A stretch of DNA of 53,876 bases, counting the filler, from Jimgerdemannia flammicorona (taxonomy: Eukaryota), in assembly GCA_003990765.1 (NCBI GenBank). It is 3 parts of 3 records of this genome, joined end to end, with 100 filler letters (N's around TTAATTAATTAA, not from the genome) between each part and the next. Parts side by side here need not be neighbours in the genome. Positions count along the whole stretch, not along the records: positions 35,986 to 53,876 come from RBNJ01002373.1; 2 more parts are not named here. One strand, 5' to 3'. Every line of letters begins with the position of its first letter. Positions within the stretch are counted from its first letter, which is position 1. Positions 50,237 to 53,876 of the stretch are shown here, one piece after another. The notes under the pieces are model-generated. The model made no database searches and was not told where the DNA came from. It was given only the letters and a program-made list of their open reading frames with translations. The position numbers were made by a program, and so were the translations under genes.

Positions 50237-50329
50237 CTAGGAAATATAATATAAATTAATCTCTCTGAGATATTATAAGATAAGATCATGATGTGGTACA
50301 GGACCTTTCTCTGGTACAATTCACGTTAC

Positions 50330-53300
50330 ACAAACTTCAAGTAATAGTTTTTTGACACAACTAGGAGTAAAGGTATTATAAAAAGGTCATCGAGCAAGAG
50401 TTCTGATTGACATGCTGGGTCGGGTGGACCTGGTGCTTTTAGCTGGCAGCATGTTGGGAGAGGGTATGGATTGGGGATGGGGGCTTTTGGAGAGTCAAAG
50501 GGTGGCAAAGACTCTGGAGGAGGACTGGTGTCAGGTGGATCTGGGGGAAGGCCTGGTCTTTCTAGCTTTGCTGACAAGGTGAAGGTGGGTGGATGGCCTG
50601 TTGGAACTAGGGCTGGTGCTGTGGAGGGAAAGGGCAAGACTAGTATCAGGAGGGAGAGTGGCCCTCAGGGAGGAGATGGGAGCATAGGGGCTGGAGGGAC
50701 TGTGGCAGGGGGTGTGACTGTTGATGGGAGTGTTATGGGGGATCTGGAAAAAAAAAGAGATGTGATGGCTGATGGCCAGGTGAGGCAGGGGGTCCCAATG
50801 CAGAAGGGGGACCTGGCGGATGGTGTAATGTGGCTGGCAGTGGCCCCATTACTCAAGAAATCAATCTTGGAGTTTGCAGCGACTCTGTGCTTCCAGGGCT
50901 TGGTGGTGACAGTGAGGATTATATTGGGGCTGATTTTGAGGCAGGTGGCTGGGGTGGCCTCAGTGAAGTTTCTGAAGGGGCTGGAGGGGGTTGAGGTGGG
51001 CTTTGAGGAGGCGGGCATGCTGGATGAGGCTCTGAAGGCTGGAGTGGTGGTTGGGGAGATAGTGGCCCTATGGTGCATTGCCTGAGGTGGGACCCCAGGG
51101 TGGTATTGCTGCTGGTGAAGGGTGTGCCTACAGTGATGGTAGTCGAGATAAGGAGGAAAGTTGAGGAGGTGATGGCAGAGTATGGCGATGTGGTGGATAT
51201 TGGCTTCCAGATTTAGAAGGGGACCACTATAAGGACTGGGGATGTTGATGTCAAGATTCAGCTGGCAGGGAAGGAGGCTACTGGGAAGTTGAGTGACTGG
51301 CTGGCAGTGATGATGTGAGGGGCTTTCAGCTGTCAAGTGTTGAGGGTGAAAGAGAGTGAGGAAGAGGAGGAGGATCTATTAGAGGCACTGGAAGAGATGA
51401 GTGGAGCTGTCAAGCAGAGAGCGAAGGCCTGGAAGAAATATGTAGAGTTGACACACTTGGAGATTGTAGAGGGGAAGCATATCCACACTGACAAGAAGCA
51501 GTGGGAGTGGGCCCAGGGGCGAAAGTGACAGAGGGAGCTTTTCATGAGTATGAAAGGAGGGGAAGAGAAGAAGTTGGATGGGGCTGTCAAGTCTGGAGGC
51601 ATTGAGGCCAATGTCTGGGCTGGTAAAGGAGGAAAGGAGGTGGTGGCAAACAAGGAAGGGGCTGGGAAGGTGTTGGACAAGGATCCCTATACCGATGGTA
51701 CATTCGAAGTTTGGGAGCAGGAGCTGGATGGCACCCCCCCCCCACTTATCAGGAGGGGCCCAGTTGGGAAGAGAGGGGTAGCAGAGGATGTGCTGATAAA
51801 GGGGGCCCAGCGAGTTCAATTTGGGGTCCCTGATGTGGTGAAAGGGGGCCAGGTGGTGGCGGTTGGTGAGGATGAGCTGGTGGATGTCCCAGAGGAGGAG
51901 TGGGATGAGGCTGCCAGTGTGGGAGCTGACACCATGATGCTGGATGCTGGGTTGCCAGGGACCCCTGGAGGGAAGGAGGTGGGGAACCTGCTGTGGATGA
52001 GCAAGGTAATGGATAACCTCGTGGCTGAGGCATTGGGAGAAGTTGACCTGCGTGTGATGCCAGAGGAGCATTGGGTACAGATTCTGTATGGAGATGGAGT
52101 GATGGAAGCACTGAAGGTAGAGATTCTTGCAATCTTCCTAGAGGAGGAGAGATATGAGGTTGATGAGGTGAGGAAGGTGGAGCTGGTAGTTGTCACTGGT
52201 GAGTGGGCTGCCTATTGTTGGGCAGAATATTATGGTTTGCAGCTCTGGCAGGAGGCCTGTCTGGAGTATTATGAGGACTTTGAGGAGAGGGAAGATGGGG
52301 TGATGGTGGAACTGTTGGGAGGGTTGGAGGCACAGGAAGCTGGAGAAAAGGAACTAGCTGCTGAACAAGTCTTGGACTTGGTGCAGGAGGAACCAGATGC
52401 AGACTTATAGAGGATGGGATCATTACTTGACATTATTTCCTATGAATAGTACAACCAACATTTTCTCTTTGAATGTAAATGGGTTAAGGGGATCTGGGTG
52501 ATGTAAGAACATTTTTACTTGGCTCAAAGGATTGGAGGCTGATCTCTTTTTACTACAGGATGTACGGTGTGAGGATGAGGATGATTGGGTGGAGTGGACT
52601 AGGGAATGGGGGGGGGCTACTGCTTGGTTTAGAAAAGTGGCGATTCTGGTAAGGAAGGGTAGAGGAGACTTGGGAGGAATCAGGAACTGGGGTGATCACT
52701 TCATCTGGGGAGACTGGCATCAGCCAGGGTGGGAGTCGGTGAGGGTTGGCTCTTGCTACTGCCCAGCAGTAAGGGGTGAGAGGACTGTGTAGATTAAGGA
52801 GCTGCTGGAGAAAGGTATTCTCTTGGAGAAAGGGGTTGATGTTCTTGGTGGGGACTTTAATATGGTTCGGGATCAGCATCTCGACAGAACTGATGGAGGG
52901 AGGAATGTAGGGGGGAGAAGTGGAGGTCTGGATGTATGGGAGGAGGTGAAGAATTTGAGTTCCTTAGGGGATATGGGCAGGACATGGTGGGGCAACACCA
53001 GGGTCTACACACATTGGGTGAATGGTCTGAGTACAACAGGTAGATGGGTGGGGGAACAGGACCTTGGGCTGGTGATGCTGCTCTACAAAAACAAAGGAAG
53101 GCAGGAGGATTGGAGGAACTGGCAGCCAATAATGCTGCTTGATATGGACAGAAAGTTGGTAACTAAGGTGGTGGTGGCGAGACTACAGAAGGTGGCCCAG
53201 CAAGTCATGGGTGTTGAGCAGAGGGGATTTGTGGGTGGTCGGCTCATCAGGGATGGCACAGTCTGGGTGTATGGCATCATTGAAGGGGCGAGGGCATGTG

Positions 53301-53876
53301 GACTGGATGGGCATCTAGTTTTCTTGGACCAGGAGAAGGCTTATGACTGGGTGCAGAGAGTCTGGCTGGAGAAAGTTTTGGATAGAATGGGGGTACCGCT
53401 TCGATTCCAGTCAACAATAGTCAGCCTACTGGAAGGGAGCAGGGCTGTGCTCATGTGTAATGGACATAGAGGGGTAGCATTTCCCTTGGGAAGGGGAGTG
53501 CCTCAGGGGGATCCTTTGTCCCCCATTTTATATGCTCTTTCCCTGGAACCACTTATGGACCGGATTAGGCAGAGGATAGTGGGGCTCTCTGTCTTTGACA
53601 TAGGATGGAAGGTTGGGGCCTTTGCTGATGACATAGTGGTGGGCTTGGGTTTGATTGCTGATGTTGAGGAGCTCAAGAGGACTGTGGAGTGGTATGAGGA
53701 ACATTCTGGAGCTAAGCTGAATTGGCATAAGTGTGAGACGATGGTGCTAGGTAATGGCCTGGTGGGAGGGGAGGTTATAGGAACAATTGTCCCCACTGGT
53801 GAAGCAGTGTGGTACTTAGGTATCTACTTATCAGTCTATGGGTCAGTTTTGCCCAAGCTTTGGTGGGAGCAGAGGA
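50330..53876 (+). mobile_element. L1/Tx1-like LINE: broken ORF1 (~50471-52410) and ORF2 (from 52442; APE endonuclease + RT), runs off the window
   Basis: SLNVNGLR, DLFLLQD, GGDFN; RT: LLYKNKG..DWRNWQPIMLL, QRGFV, LDQEKAYDWV, GVPQGDPLSP, FADDI, SGAKLN, YLGI. Confidence 0.93.

Noticed and set aside
50326..53796. Many minus-strand Pro/Ser/His-rich ORFs
   Set aside because: Antisense by-products of the G-rich LINE strand

Overview
Eukaryotic, almost certainly fungal DNA. Kinase and methyltransferase styles suggest Mucoromycota (Endogonales/Glomeromycotina-like); this is an inference. The window is three contigs joined by artificial 100-nt N44-TTAATTAATTAA-N44 linkers (17894-17993, 35886-35985), so adjacency across them is not biological. 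CpG-rich gene islands (~12.7-17.9 kb and ~18.1-31.3 kb) hold a 13-exon MFS/DHA2-type transporter, an intronless SAM-dependent methyltransferase, an ankyrin protein with a 19x heptad repeat, a non-RD protein kinase with a decayed tandem copy, and a hAT MITE. The rest is nested, C>T-eroded transposon DNA. At the left, a Ty3/Gypsy remnant (A) has its 3' LTR split by a complete TSD-flanked chromovirus-like element (B: gag-dUTPase-protease-chromodomain, no RT/RH/IN). B's 5' LTR is in turn split by a polyadenylated retroposon (C). Further on are a full-length decayed Ty1/Copia, two solo LTRs, L1/Tx1-like LINEs and a 524-bp near-perfect palindrome. The most notable signals are: a cryptic ~300-codon ORF inside LTR A, recoverable from two copies; an integrase GPY/F fragment inside LTR B; the dUTPase; a TE-restricted CpG plus CpA C>T hypermutation that spares a tandem gene duplicate; and the palindrome flanked by a ~115-bp duplication. 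All calls come from reading by eye; no database searches were run.
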